In this document: piece after piece, positions 1 through 12,987 of the stretch
How positions within the stretch are numbered: the first letter of the stretch is position 1
Layout: the number at the start of each line of letters is the position of its first letter
NCBI RefSeq assembly: GCF_009914755.1
Contig: NC_060931.1
DNA length: 64,000 nucleotides
Direction: 5' to 3' (one strand)
Source of the DNA: the human T2T-CHM13v2.0 reference genome, Homo sapiens
Notes under the pieces: generated by a model
What the model saw: only the letters and a program-made list of their open reading frames with translations
Told to the model about the DNA's origin: nothing
The model's database searches: none
Position numbers and translations under genes: made by a program

Positions 1-1670
1 GGAAGGGTGGCTGTGAGCTAGTTTTGTTTTTTTCTTTCTATTGGGTCCCTTTGGTTTTAGTAACTTGTTTCCCAAAATGTTGTTCTCCAGAGAATCCCAG
101 TTCCCTTTCAGGGTCTCTGGGCCTGTGTTCCACCTTTCTGAGGCATAGCCAGCTACCAAAATGGGAGGAGGCTTTCTGGCCCTCACTAGTGACCAGGCCG
201 GCTCCGGTCTCCCTGCTGTGATCCTGCCCCAGCCAGCCTGCCTGGCTTTCTGGAGCAGGGTACCTTCTGTCACACCTCCAGGGAGGGGTTGCCCTGGAGA
301 CGGAGGACGGGGTGTTAACAGCCACCTGAGACAGCCGGATTTCACCGAGTTTGGCGGAGCTGGGCTCTCTCATATGTATTTAGAAGTGACAGCTGTAATG
401 CAGGGAGGCAAGGGAACATGAGTAGCAATTTTCTCCTGTGTCTCTTGCTTTCTGCACCCCCACGCCTGGATGTGAGGGAGCACACGAAGAGGGAGCAGCA
501 CAAAGAGTGTATGCCCCCAGCTGTTGGCGAGTGGGAGGAAAGAAGGAGGCTGAGGGGCTCTCCTAAGGGAGAGAGGTGTCCAAGGAAAGACCCCAGAGAT
601 CCACACTAGGGCTTTGTTGAAAACCCTTCCTCCTGTCCCTCCACCACCAGGGACAGGTGACGGAACACCACAAGGCAAAGGGAGAGAGGAAGACCCCAGA
701 GGCCATGACTGGGGCAAGCAGGAAGTGAAGGCTCTAATGTTAGACCTGCCTCAACTGTTGACCTTGGGCAATGTCTTGATTCTCCCAGATGTCAGGGCCT
801 AAGTGTCTATGGCCGAGCAGGGGGACGGGTTTTCTGAGCTCTGGGTGACTGCTGATTTTCTCTGATGGGTTCAATAACCTTCTATATTCTCTGTGTAACT
901 TATCTACCCTCCAAGATGCAGCTCAAATCTCGGCTTCTCTGAAGAGACTTTGCTGTCTGCTCCATCTGTGGAGTTCCTATGGCAATGATACTTTTCCTGT
1001 TCATTTGGCAATTCATCATGAACTGTCTTGTAGCATTTCTTTCTGCCACCATCAAAGTGCAGCCAAGTCATCTGTTTAACTTTCACCATGTTTATGGTCT
1101 ATTTAGTTATGCCATAAGCTCTGAAGGGCAAAGTCCAGGCCTTCTATGGTCTAGTATGTTCTATACCCAGAACAGTGAAGATTCTATATTTAATGGGAAG
1201 GCAAAGCAAATGCCAATTCTATGTCACAGCCTCTTTGGAAAAGCCTTGTCTGGGTCGGAGACGGGGTGCAGACAACCTTCCTTCTTGCTGAGTTGATGGG
1301 AAGTTGAGTTGAGGGCAAGATTATCTTTCCTGGCTGTCTCTCAGGTCACATTCTCTGCTAGGAGAATGCCCCGAGCTGGCAGCAGGGGCAGGACTGGCCT
1401 CAATGCACCTCTTGCATCCCATCCCATATTTCTGCAGTTCCCACTGGTGAGGGCTGGGCAGTGGGGAAGGGGGGCTCTCTCCCATTGGCTTTGCCCCAGA
1501 TGACCGCTTGCTCTCAGGTGTCCATGACTGGAGTCTTACCTTTATTCAGTACCTCCCTCCCACCCCACCTGCCCATGCAGGCTGTTAGCTTGATTCCAGA
1601 AGAAAAGAGTTACACTTTCCATAAAATTTTGTGGAAAGAGATTCTAGTTGATGCAATAATTCTATTTTTA

Positions 1671-1978
<308 letters not shown>

Positions 1979-3714
1979 GAAGAAGAAACTTTCAGACAAT
2001 TCCAGGTTTTCTAGGAGTGCCATGTGAATTAGTGAGCTCCCCAGCACAGAGGTGGGGAAGCCACTGGTGGAGGGGAGGCACGCCAGGCCTGGACCCATGG
2101 TAGGATGGCTTCTGCCTGTCCCTCACCAACGCCAGCTCAGTCCCTGGGAAGTAGCAGAGCACTCATGCTCCAGAATCATGCCTTGGGAGAGAGCTGAGAA
2201 GATGGAGTGCTTCAAAATAGAGCAGTCTCTCTTCTCCTCTCCATCCTGCTCTCTTGTCTTACCTCTCTCTCTCTTTTCTTATGGTACTGTTATTTTTTCC
2301 TTTGAGACAATAGACCCTCCCTGTGTTCCATGTTCCTGCCCCCTCTCTACAAAAAAAAAAAAAAAAAAAAAAAAACCTCACAAAAACACCCCTGCTTCTG
2401 GGGTTTTGTCATGTAGCTGGACAGGCTTTGGATCTGCAAGCGACTGTTTATTGAATTCAAGCCTGTGTCTGCTGCAAACACCAGCTGGATCATTGCATCA
2501 CAAAGTGCTCAAAGGCTGTCTCTGCAAAGAGGAAAGATAGTCGATGGTGTTGGCTGCCTCTGGGGAAGGGAAGTAAGGGCTGAGGACATGAGTAGAATGG
2601 AGACCCTTTGGTGCCTCTTGAATTGGGCGCCATGTATGTGTATTGCCTTTCAATAAGAACAACAACAGCAACAGTTAATAATCAAGTATATCACCCCAAG
2701 AATGTGGTACAGATCAGGGGCAGGGGGGGAAGATACAATTCCATCACAGCAAGAAGGCTGGACATAAGCATCTCCTTTCAGGCTGCTCCCCAGCTCCCGC
2801 ATGGCCCAGCGTCAACTCCATCCCAGTGGGCTCACCAGACAGACAAGAGGCAGACGCATTTTCTGCCTTCATTGTATATTCACAGGTTTCTGTCTTCCCT
2901 TTGTTGAGAGGGCCTCTGAATGCAAGCAGGCAACATCCTATTTGTGAAAATATGAAAACCAACAGCAATAATATAACAGCTCCCAAATTATCTGAGAACA
3001 AAGAGAAAGAGGGGAAAACAAGAAATCATCATGCTCTGTCTCTCACTCTCACCCCCTCTCCCCTGCTTTGCTCAGAGCCCCATTCAGTGTGTGTCTGGTG
3101 GTGGTGTTGTCTTGGGGTGGGATTGGGGTTGTATGGGGGGGAGTCCAGGGAGACCAGGAACCAAATATTTTTTGATAAACACTGCATGGCTCTGAAGCTC
3201 CCTTGGCACAGGATAAATATTTTTTGATGAGGATATCAACACTAAACTTCTGTTCAGGGTTATGTTTGGTTGGAAGGATCCCATAAAGCACGTACTAATG
3301 TGAGAGCATTTTGAGACCCCCGCCCAAAAAAAATCCCAAGAATCAGCAGACCTTAGGAGGATTCTGGGGAACAATGGTCATATCACCTCCAGCCCATGAA
3401 GTCTTTGCACCAGTTTTGTACTCGAGGGAGATGGTCAGGGAGCTGGAGCACACAGTGTCTCTGCCTCATTGACTGGGCTCCTTTGATTAAGAACAAGCTT
3501 CTTAGGTCTACAGGTAGGACTAAGAGCTTACTCTTTTTCCTTGAAATGACTGGGCCTTAGACTTACAATATAGACCAAGTTGGTGTGAGTAAAAGAAAGC
3601 AAGCTTGCATGTTCCCACCTCTCTTCCCTATACCAAGGAGGAAGAAAGGAAAGGGTTTTTTGCCCAGAGGTATATAAAGGTTGGCAGCTACTCACCTCCA
3701 AGATCAGGCTGCAT

Positions 3715-3818
3715 TAGGGTGGCCAAACATTCTGGTTTGCCTTGGATTGCCAGGACACGAAACTTGCAGTACTAAAACCAGGAAAGGCATGGGTGAACCG
3801 GATGAGTGGGTCACCCCA
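3715..3818. mobile_element. MER81-like hAT DNA transposon relic
   Basis: Terminal inverted repeats TAGGGTGGCCAA...TGGGTCACCCCA; internal similarity to remembered MER81 consensus. Confidence 0.65.
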
Positions 3819-4033
3819 GGCCTCACCTTGGTGGTGGAGACGAAGGGATGAGCCTTGTTTGACAGCCTACAGTGCTTACAGAAGATTTGACCTCCCGGGT
3901 TCAGGGGAGAAACAGCACTTCTACCAGGGGTCTTGGCTGGTGCATGAAAGGCAGCCTAGATTAGCTGTGGGTCGTGCTGTCTCTCCAGGCTACGTGGGGA
4001 AGGGGGACACTGGGACTTCTGTATTTATAGGGC

Positions 4034-4501
4034 TGTGAGGTTCATTTTATGTGCCCACTTGACTAGGTCACGGGGTGCCCAGACATTTGGCCAATCCTTA
4101 TTCTAGGTGTGTCTGTGAGGGTGCTTCTGGATGGGATTCACATTTGAACTTGTAGACTGAATAAAGTGCATTGGCCACCCTCCCTGAGGTGGCTGGACCT
4201 CATTCAATCAATTGAAGACCGGAATAGAACAAAAAGGCTGAGTACAGGGGAATGCCAATGCTCAGCTGGCTGTGTTGAGCTGGGCCCTTGGTCTTTTCCT
4301 GCCTTGGAACTCAAACAGAAACATCTGCCTCTCTTGACTCCCAAGCCTGCTGGCTTTTGGACTGGAGCAACAGATAGGCACTCCTGGGTCTCCAGCTTGC
4401 TGACTGCAGATCTTAGAACTCCTCATCTCCATGGTTATGTGAGCCAATTCCTTGTAATAAACCTATTGGTTCTGTTTCTCTGGAGAACCCTGACTAATAC
4501 A
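4034..4501. mobile_element. MLT2-family (ERVL) solo LTR
   Basis: TGTGAGGTTCATTTTATGTG start and GAGAACCCTGACTAATACA end; near-perfect 5-bp flanking duplication AGGGC/GGGGC. Confidence 0.8.
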
Positions 4502-5539
4502 GGGGCCAGGTGGGTGTTGCCCCATTGGTAGCAGCCAAAGGTTATTGTCATATTGGTAGAAGCCCAGCATTCAAGGGCTGCTGCTCAGCACAAGACTCTC
4601 ACTGAGCTTTTTAAAATACATTAATAAAAATGTAAAGAAAAGTCAATTAGGCTCTTCCATTTCAAATACAGCACTTGCACTTAAATTCTAATGGTTAGAT
4701 TATAAATGGCTGTTCTTTCTATCAGTAGTGTTTTGAAGGGGAATCTAGGTTCCCAGAGCAATTTGATGTTCTGGAGAGATCTTCCACAACACAGGCAGAG
4801 GGATCAGAGACTCTAATATGCTTTTTCTTAACATTTTGTATCAAGTGGTGGACAACCATATGCCTGGAAATTCTTTGAAGGCTTAAGTTTTGCTTCAAGA
4901 AGTCCAGCAAGTTTTGCATTCAATTCCATAATATATGTGATTATTTCCACATAATTTTTTATTTAGTAGTAAATTTACTTAATTTTTCTCTGAAACATTT
5001 TAAAGTAAAATTCTAAAGTAAAATGCTAAGAAAGATAGTCCATATTTATCCTGTGGCCTTAACTATCCCTAAAACACAGCCTCCTTCACCTCTTGCAGGA
5101 CATATAGCGTGGCATGATAGAGATGTCTTGGCCTAGGCTGGGATCATGTGGGATAACCAGTAAATGTTGAATGAATCAGGTGGTAGCGTGTGAGGTTTTT
5201 AAAAATATTTTCAGCATGGAGATAAGTTACCCACCACTGGGGCATGTTTCCATCACGTTCTTAGCTGCAACGAAGCAAATTTAACTCTGGCTAATTTAAA
5301 CAGAAGAGGAGGCTGTTGAGCAGATACTGGGTAGCTTGCAGAATTGCTACAACAGATGCTTCAGTTGCCCTCATGACACTGCTGGCCCCAATCCTGGACG
5401 CTGTGCTGTCCCTGTTGCTACGACCTGAACAAATCCTATTGGTTGCTGCTTATTTGTACCATTAGCTTCTGATGTGTGGTCTGGGAAGGATGCATCTGAT
5501 CAGCCAAGCCTTGATCACATGTTCATGCCTACACCAGTT

Positions 5540-6045
5540 ATCCCCATTACCTTCCCACTCCCATTCATTCCACATCCTTGTCTAGCCTTCTCAGGCCCCA
5601 GGGCCTTATCTCCACGGACTGCTCCACCCGGGCTCCCTTGCCCTTGGGTTTCCATTTGGTTGGAGCAATGGGAGGTACCAGTAGGAGACTGGGGGGTGAG
5701 AGGAGAGAGGAGCCAGGGTATTTCTGTCCCTACTTACTCCCTTCTAACTCAGGGCAGCTTTTCTGGCAGTACCTGCTTCTTTCCAAGATTTCAGCTCCTG
5801 TTGAGTGGTCCTCTTCCAGGGATCCAAACTCACAAGCCTTGAGTAACACTGTTTTCTCACCTTGCCCCTTCCAGGTATGGGCACGGAAATCGCTTCCCAC
5901 TATTGTTAGTCTCTGAATGCCTTGACATCCTTTATTGGTTCCCTTAATCCAGTCTGCATCTCTATGAATAGCCCTTTGTTACCTTCTCTTCAGAATCCCT
6001 TCTGAATGAATCTGCCCTGTTTCCCGTGGGGATACTGACTGAATT
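5540..6045. mobile_element. Old ERVL LTR (LTR33-like), apparently within MaLR (MLT1) remnants
   Basis: Similarity to remembered LTR33 core (ttggttgg..caatgggagg..caggagact..gaggagag..gggtattt); boundaries approximate. Confidence 0.5.
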
Positions 6046-6149
6046 GATGCCTTAGCTGCAAAGAAAGCCAGGAAAATAAGAATCTGGCATTTCGGCTCCT
6101 AGGTAGGAGGCAGGCTCTGTTTCTCAACAAGGCTTATGGAGTGGGAAAT

Positions 6150-8520
6150 TTTGTAAACATAGGAAAAGGACAAAGATGTACCCTATCACCACTTCTGTTC
6201 AACATTGTGCTAGAGATCCTCAGTATTTCAATAAGGCAAGAAAAAGAGATAAAATATGTAAGTATTGGAAATGAACCAGTAAAGCCATCTTGATTCACAG
6301 ATGTCATGATTGTATACATAGTCAATCCCAATGAATCTACAGACTATTAAAATTAAAAACTGAATTTAGCAATTATCAGTATATGCAAGGATGATAGACA
6401 AAAATCCTAGTTGTATTTCTAGGTATAGCAACAGACAATTGGACAGTGAGATTTTTAAAATGCTATTTATTGATAGGAAATATAAAATGTTGCTGCTGCT
6501 ATAGAAAACAGTATACAGGTTCCTCAAAAAATCAAAGTTAGAATTACCATATTGACCCAGCAATCCCATTTCTTGGTATATATTCACAAAAATTGAAAAC
6601 AGGATCTCAAAAAGATATGTGCACATCCATGTTCATTGCAGCATTATTTACAATAGCCAAGAGGTGGAGGCAACCCAAATTTCCACTGACGGATGAATGG
6701 ATAAAGAAAATGTGGCATAGACATACAATGGATTATTATCTGGCATTAAAAATGAAGGAAATCGGCCTGGCTCAGTGCCTCACACCTCTAATCCCAGCAC
6801 TTTGGGAGGCTGAGCAGGGGCAGATTGTTTGAGGTCAGCAGTTTGAGACCAGCATGGCCAACATGGTGAAACCCCATCTCTACTAAAAATACAAAAAATT
6901 AGCCAGGCATGGTGGTGCATGCCTGTAGTCCTAGCTACTCAGGAGGCTGAGGCAGGAGAATAGCTTGAACCCAGGAGACAGAGGTTGCAGTGAGCTAAGA
7001 TCGCACCACTGCACTCTAGCCTGGGTGACAGAGCAAGACTCCATTTAAAAAAAAAAAAAAGAAGAGGAAGAAGAAGAAGAAGAAAATCCTGCTGTCATAC
7101 ATTACAACATGGATGAACCTTGAGGATATTATGCTAAGTGAAATGAGTCAGTCACAGAAAGACAAATACTTCATAAGCCTACTTATGCAAGGTATCTAAA
7201 ATAGAGCCATAGAAACAGAAAGTAGAATGGTTACCAGGAATGAGAAGAGGAGAAGAGATGGAGAATTATTGTTCAGTGGGTATAGAATTTCAGTTATGCA
7301 AGATTAAAAAGTTCTAGAGTTCTATTGCACAGTAATATGCATATAGTTATCCAACTGCACTATACACTTAAACATGTATGATACGAGTCCAAGGAGAGAC
7401 AAATAGACCCATCAATAAAACAGAATAAAGAATTCAGAAAAAGACCCATAGATGTATGGTCACAAGATTTACAACAAAGAATCCACCACAGTTCAGTACA
7501 GAAAACATGGTCTTTTTAATAAGTAGTACTGGAGCCATTGATACCCAAATGGCAAAACAAATGAGCTGCGTCTTCTACCTCACAACATATGCAAAAATTA
7601 ATTTAGGTGGATTATAGACATATGTGAGAGATAAAACAATAAAGTATCTGGGAGAAAACGGAAATAATATCTTCATAATCTTGGCAGTATTGCAAAAAGT
7701 ATTTAAACAGAACAGAAAAAACACCATAAATGGAGGGAGTGATGGATACATTGGACTATGTGAAAATAATAGCTTTCTTTCATCAAAAGGCATCATATAG
7801 AAAGTAAACAGTCAATCCAAGGACTAGAAGAAGCTATGAATCACACATTTGGTAAGGAATCCAATTTTTTAAAAAGGGTGAAAGAGTTAAACTTTTTGAA
7901 AGAGAATACCCAGGTGGCCAATAATCACGTGAAAAGGTCCTTTACATCATTATTTATCAGAGAAATGTAAATTAAAACCATGATGAGATATCATTATCCA
8001 TCCACTAGAATGGCTAATGTGAAAAGGACTGATAAAGTCAAGTGTGGCAGAGATGGGGAGCAACCGGAATTCCAAGCAGCACATTGCTGATGGAAGTGTC
8101 AATTTGTTCAATCACTTTGGAAAACTACTTGTCAGTGTCTGCTTAAAAACCTAAACATATGCCTACTCTATGATCCAGCAATTCCCCTGTTGGATATTTG
8201 CCTCAAGGAAATGAAATCTGTGTGCACTAAAAATGCTATACAGAAGTGTTCACAGATGCAATAGAATATAACACGAATTAAGAAAGACCCCAGTGATACC
8301 AGCCTACAACACGGGTCAATCTCACAGACATTATATTGAATGAAAGGCGTAAAAAACTAGAGTGCACACTATTTGATCCTATTTATGCAAAGTCTGTATA
8401 AAACTAATTTATGGTGATAGAAATCAGAATAGTAGTTAGCTTGTGGGGTGGGGTGGGAGAATCAGTATTTACTAGGAAGAGGCATAAGGGAATTTTTTGG
8501 GGGAGGTGATGGAGGTTTTC
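6150..8520 (+). mobile_element. Nested, decayed L1M cluster (ORF2 and 3' end fragments; an L1MB-like copy at ~6480-7375 inside an older L1M), interrupted by an Alu
   Basis: Typical L1 motifs: caccacttctgttcaacattgtgctag, gacccagcaatcccattt, catgttcattgcagcattatttacaatagccaag, atggatgaaccttgaggatattatgctaagtgaaat. Confidence 0.85.
6764..7085 (+). mobile_element. Alu (AluS-type) inserted in L1, with tail decaying into (GAA)n
   Basis: Dimeric Alu with poly(A); flanking duplication gaaggaaatc / gaagaaaatc. Confidence 0.93.
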
Positions 8521-8528
8521 TATTTATT

Positions 8529-8783
8529 CTTTTTGAGAGGGGTTCTCACTCTGTTCCCCAGGCTCTGCTCACTGCAACCTCTGCCTCCCAGGCTCAAGCG
8601 ATTCTTTCATTTCAGCCTCCCATGTAGCTGGGACTATGGGTACACACCATGAAACCCAGCTAATTTTTTGTATTTTTGGTAGAGACAGGGTTTCACCATG
8701 TTGCCCAGGCTGGTCTTGAACTTCTGAGCTCAAGTGATCTGCCCACCTTGGCCTCCCAGAGTGCTAGGGTTACAGGCCTGGCC
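8529..8783 (-). mobile_element. Alu (AluJ-like) with internal deletions
   Basis: Reverse-strand Alu motifs gcctcccaggctcaagcgatt, tttttgtatttttggtagagacaggg. Confidence 0.88.
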
Positions 8784-8836
8784 AGTTTTCTATATTTTGA
8801 TCGTGGTATCAATGTGTAAAAATTCATAGAGCTATC

Positions 8837-9169
<333 letters not shown>

Positions 9170-12100
9170 TGTATTCTTAACATTTATGCACTTTAATGTA
9201 CAAAAAAAGTGTACTTCAATTTTACAAAATGGGAAGAAAACTCAGAGATCAGGTTAAAAAAAAAAAGATGAATGTCCATCCAGTTCATACAAACCGTAAT
9301 CTTTGTTTTGGTAGAAGGGATGAAGAAAGTGGAGGGGTTGCTTGGTGAATTGTGGCACAGTGCAAGCTCACTGAGGTCCCCTCTGAGTGACCTCTGTCCT
9401 ATGCCACCAGATGCTCTGCAGATTCCTGGCTGCTGGGGAGGACTTCCAGGCGTGACCAAGCCTCTGCAGCTGCTTCCCTCATACACATTTGCTCAAGTCA
9501 AGTGCAGACATTTCTGTAGCTTGTCAGAGGCCCCTAGAGAAGCCTCGCCTTCCACCTTGAGGCATCCTTGGGTACAGGCCCCAGCTGGACAATGTCAGAA
9601 GGCTTGGTCCTGGATGTGACTCCAGACTAGAGCTATTCAAAGGATGGTCCAGGGCCTGGAGCCTGTCTACACACTGGTGCTGATCTATGATAATTTGGTA
9701 CAAAAATGGAGAGCAATTTTGAAAACTTTTGTGGCAGTTTTAATGAGTAATCTTACGTCTATTAAATTTATCACAATAAAACGGGGCTTGAATGTTGTAT
9801 ATCTTTTTTCCATTTCATTTCTAATTTGTTTTCATTGCATTTTACAAAAACATTGAACTGTGATGAATTGGAAATGTCTACGAAGAGAAACTGATCCTTC
9901 TTCACAGGAGTTCCTGGAGCATTGTCTTTGGCCCAGCAAAGGGTGTGTCCTAAAAGAGCCTGCAAGAGAGCTCGGGTGGGGCCTGTCATAAGTCAGGGGC
10001 TGCTGCTGCCTGCACTTGGTAATTTTTAGAGACTTGGAGCAAAGCAGCCTAATTGTAGTTTCCATGGTTACCAGCCACCACTGAGGAGAACGTGAGCAGA
10101 TCTTAAAGGGAAAATCCGTGCACAGGCAGAAGTCAGGAAGCAGGGAGGGAGGGGAGGAAGAGACAGGTCCCAGAGAGGGTCTGGGCTACAGGGTGGCCTC
10201 TACTCACTTAGCTGCAGTCCTAGTCATTGTCTCTATCCCAGGGCAGAGGTCCTCAGGCTGCAGTAATGGTGCGTCACCATAGTAGCCTCCCATGAAGTGC
10301 ACCTAGCAGGCTGAGAAGGGGCCTTCGGCACAGTTGGTAGGATGATTACCATTCAGAGGTCCCACTCTCTGGCCCCATTCCAGTGCGAGCTCCAAGAATT
10401 TTCACTTCTTTCTCCTTCCATGAAACCCCTGACTATGGGCCTCCACCCAAAGCAAAGCCAGAGAAAAGGGGAAAATGGCAGGAAAGTGTCTATACCAGCC
10501 CTACCACCATTGATCCTCAAGCTTGGGGCTTGGATGCACCCAGCAAGCCTGTGTGTCTCTTTCATCTATTGAGGCCAATGCTGTGGACCACCCAGCTGCC
10601 TCACGTGATCACTCATTGGCTCTCTCCTTCATGCTTTATTCAACAAATACTTCTGCTTGGGGCAAGATAATACAGCAGAGCCCAACCAGGCAACATCCCC
10701 ACAATTGTGGAGCTTATTATGGAGCTTATTATATTCCAATGCGAGAGACTGGCATTAAAAGCGTAGACGGAAGCTATAATGTCAGGTAATAAACGTTATG
10801 TTCCATTGGCCTCAGGGTGGTGTGTTGGGCCAGGCGGGGCCTTGTTGAGGGTGACCACAGTCACACATGGTCTTTGGCATGTGAAGGGCAGAAATATGGC
10901 CACGAGAAGGAACCTGGGCTTGGCAATACAGCTCACAGGATCTGCAGAGAGCGCCACTTAAGTGGAGCCCGGCAAATGCTTGTCAACTAATGACGCAGAA
11001 ATCAAAGCTGCGTTAATCCCTCTTGGCTCATATCTGCATGTCCCAGAACCCCCAGAGAGGCCCTCCATATCCACTTGGTTTCAGGCATGACTTGGGTTTC
11101 CACAGCCATCTCAAAAGTGGTGTGATGGGTGATTCCACCAGGGGGGCCACCCTGGGGTTCAGCCACTAGACGACGCTGTTGCAGCTCTTTAGCTCTGAAG
11201 AAGGAAACCAGAGACCAGGAGAAAGAACGATGCGGCTTTATGAAAATATTTGGATTATGTGAAATAAGAAGCAGTCCCACCTCAGAATTATGGGCTCATA
11301 AATCACTCTGAGGAGAAAAGGGGTCGGGGGACCGGGGAGACTTGGGACATGAGTTTACGATCTCTCCAGAAGCCCTTGATGGAATTACAGCCTCATAACT
11401 CACTGGGGCCTGCTCCTTCCTCCAGCCTGGCCTCAGCTGTCATGCAGGGCCCCCAGGGAAGGCCAATCTGGGCGCCAGCAATGAGAGGCTGACCTGGCAG
11501 AGGCCTCCGGGGAGCATGAAGAGGGAGTCCGAGGCGATGTTTTTGAGCTGGGTACAGGCAGCCAGGCCTCAGTGTTAGGGATTCTGTGAGGCTTGTCAGA
11601 GAGACAAGGAGCTGAGGCTGAAGAGGTGAGCTGAGCTGCTGGACACAAACACCAGACAGAAGGCTTGTGTGAGCGTCACATTCCACGGGGTGCTGTGGAA
11701 CTGCACAGCAAGGACACACTGGACCCCTCCTGGGTGGGGTGGGGTAGCAGGAAGACACCTGGCTACTGCTTCCTTATCAGGGCCGTGTCTCTAGTTTGCC
11801 GCTTTACAAAATGGTGACCACCAGCCTCTCCTCAGGGAGCTGACAGATACTCTCGAGGCCTCAGAAGAGCTCACAGCCTGAGGGCAAACCATTCGCTGAA
11901 GGAGCTGGGGTCTTCCTGCAGGTGGGGAAGATACGCCCGTGGCCAGAGGAGAGGTTTGCTACCGATATGCCCACCTCCCAGCTAGCCCTAGCTGTGGCCT
12001 CTGGCATGTCCAGGATGAAGAAAAGGCCACAGGAAGTGGGTTTCTAATGGCAAGTCAATGAGGCGCTGTTTAAAAGAGCTGCCTTTTGTGAGGAGCGCTG

Positions 12101-12439
12101 ACTGTGAGTCGGGCATGGTGCACTTCATCATGCTGAATCCCCACAACTTGCTCACAAATTATTTCCATTTCACAGATAGGGGAGTGAGGCAAAGCGATCA
12201 AAATAAACTTCTCCAGTCACACACACATGCTAAGTACCGTACTGGAGATTTAAATCCAGATCCCTCTGTATCTACAGTGCATCCCACAAGCATGGATGCC
12301 TGGTGCCCCATCCTGCGCATGGCAGTCCCTAAATCTGCTGGCTGAATCCCATCAATTTCTATTCTTCTCTCCCTGCTGTAGCTTGCAGTTGCAACCCAAT
12401 GCCTACGCTAGTCACTTTCTCTACAATGTCCTTTGCTAT

Positions 12440-12987
12440 TGTCAGAGGTGTTTGAACCAGAGCAACTCCATCTTGAACAGGGGCTGGGTAAAATGAGGCT
12501 GAGACTTACCAGGCTGCATTCCCAGACAGTTAAGGCATTCTAAGTCACAGGATGAGATAGGAGGTCAGCACAAAATACAGGTCATAAAGACCTTGCCGAT
12601 AAAACAGATTGCAGTAAAGAAGCCGGCTAAAACCCACCAAAACCAAGGTGGCCACGAGGGTGACCTCTGGTCGCCCTCACTGCTACACTCCCATCAGCAC
12701 CATGACAGTTTACAAATGCCATGGCAACGTCAGGAAGTTACCCTATATGGTCTGAAAGGGGGAGGCATCAATAATCCACTCCTTGTTTAGCATATCATCA
12801 AGAAATAACCATAAAAATCGGCAAACAGCAGCCCTCAGGGCTGCTCTGTCTTTGGAGTAGCCATTCTTTATTCTTTTACTTTCCTAATAAACTTGCTTTC
12901 ACTATAGGGATTTGCCCTGAATGCTTTCTTGCACAAGATCCAAGAACCCTATCTTGGGGTGTGGATTGGGACCCCTTTCCAGTAACA
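12440..12987 (+). mobile_element. MER41A (ERV1) solo LTR, 548 bp
   Basis: TGTCAGAGG...GTAACA termini; 4-bp target-site duplication CTAT on both sides; AATAAA near the 3' end; lacks the MER41B TTCCGGGAA segment. Confidence 0.9.

Noticed and set aside
6134-7796. ORFs resembling L1 ORF2 pieces
   Set aside because: They are decayed L1M fragments with stops and Alu interruptions, not a functional gene.
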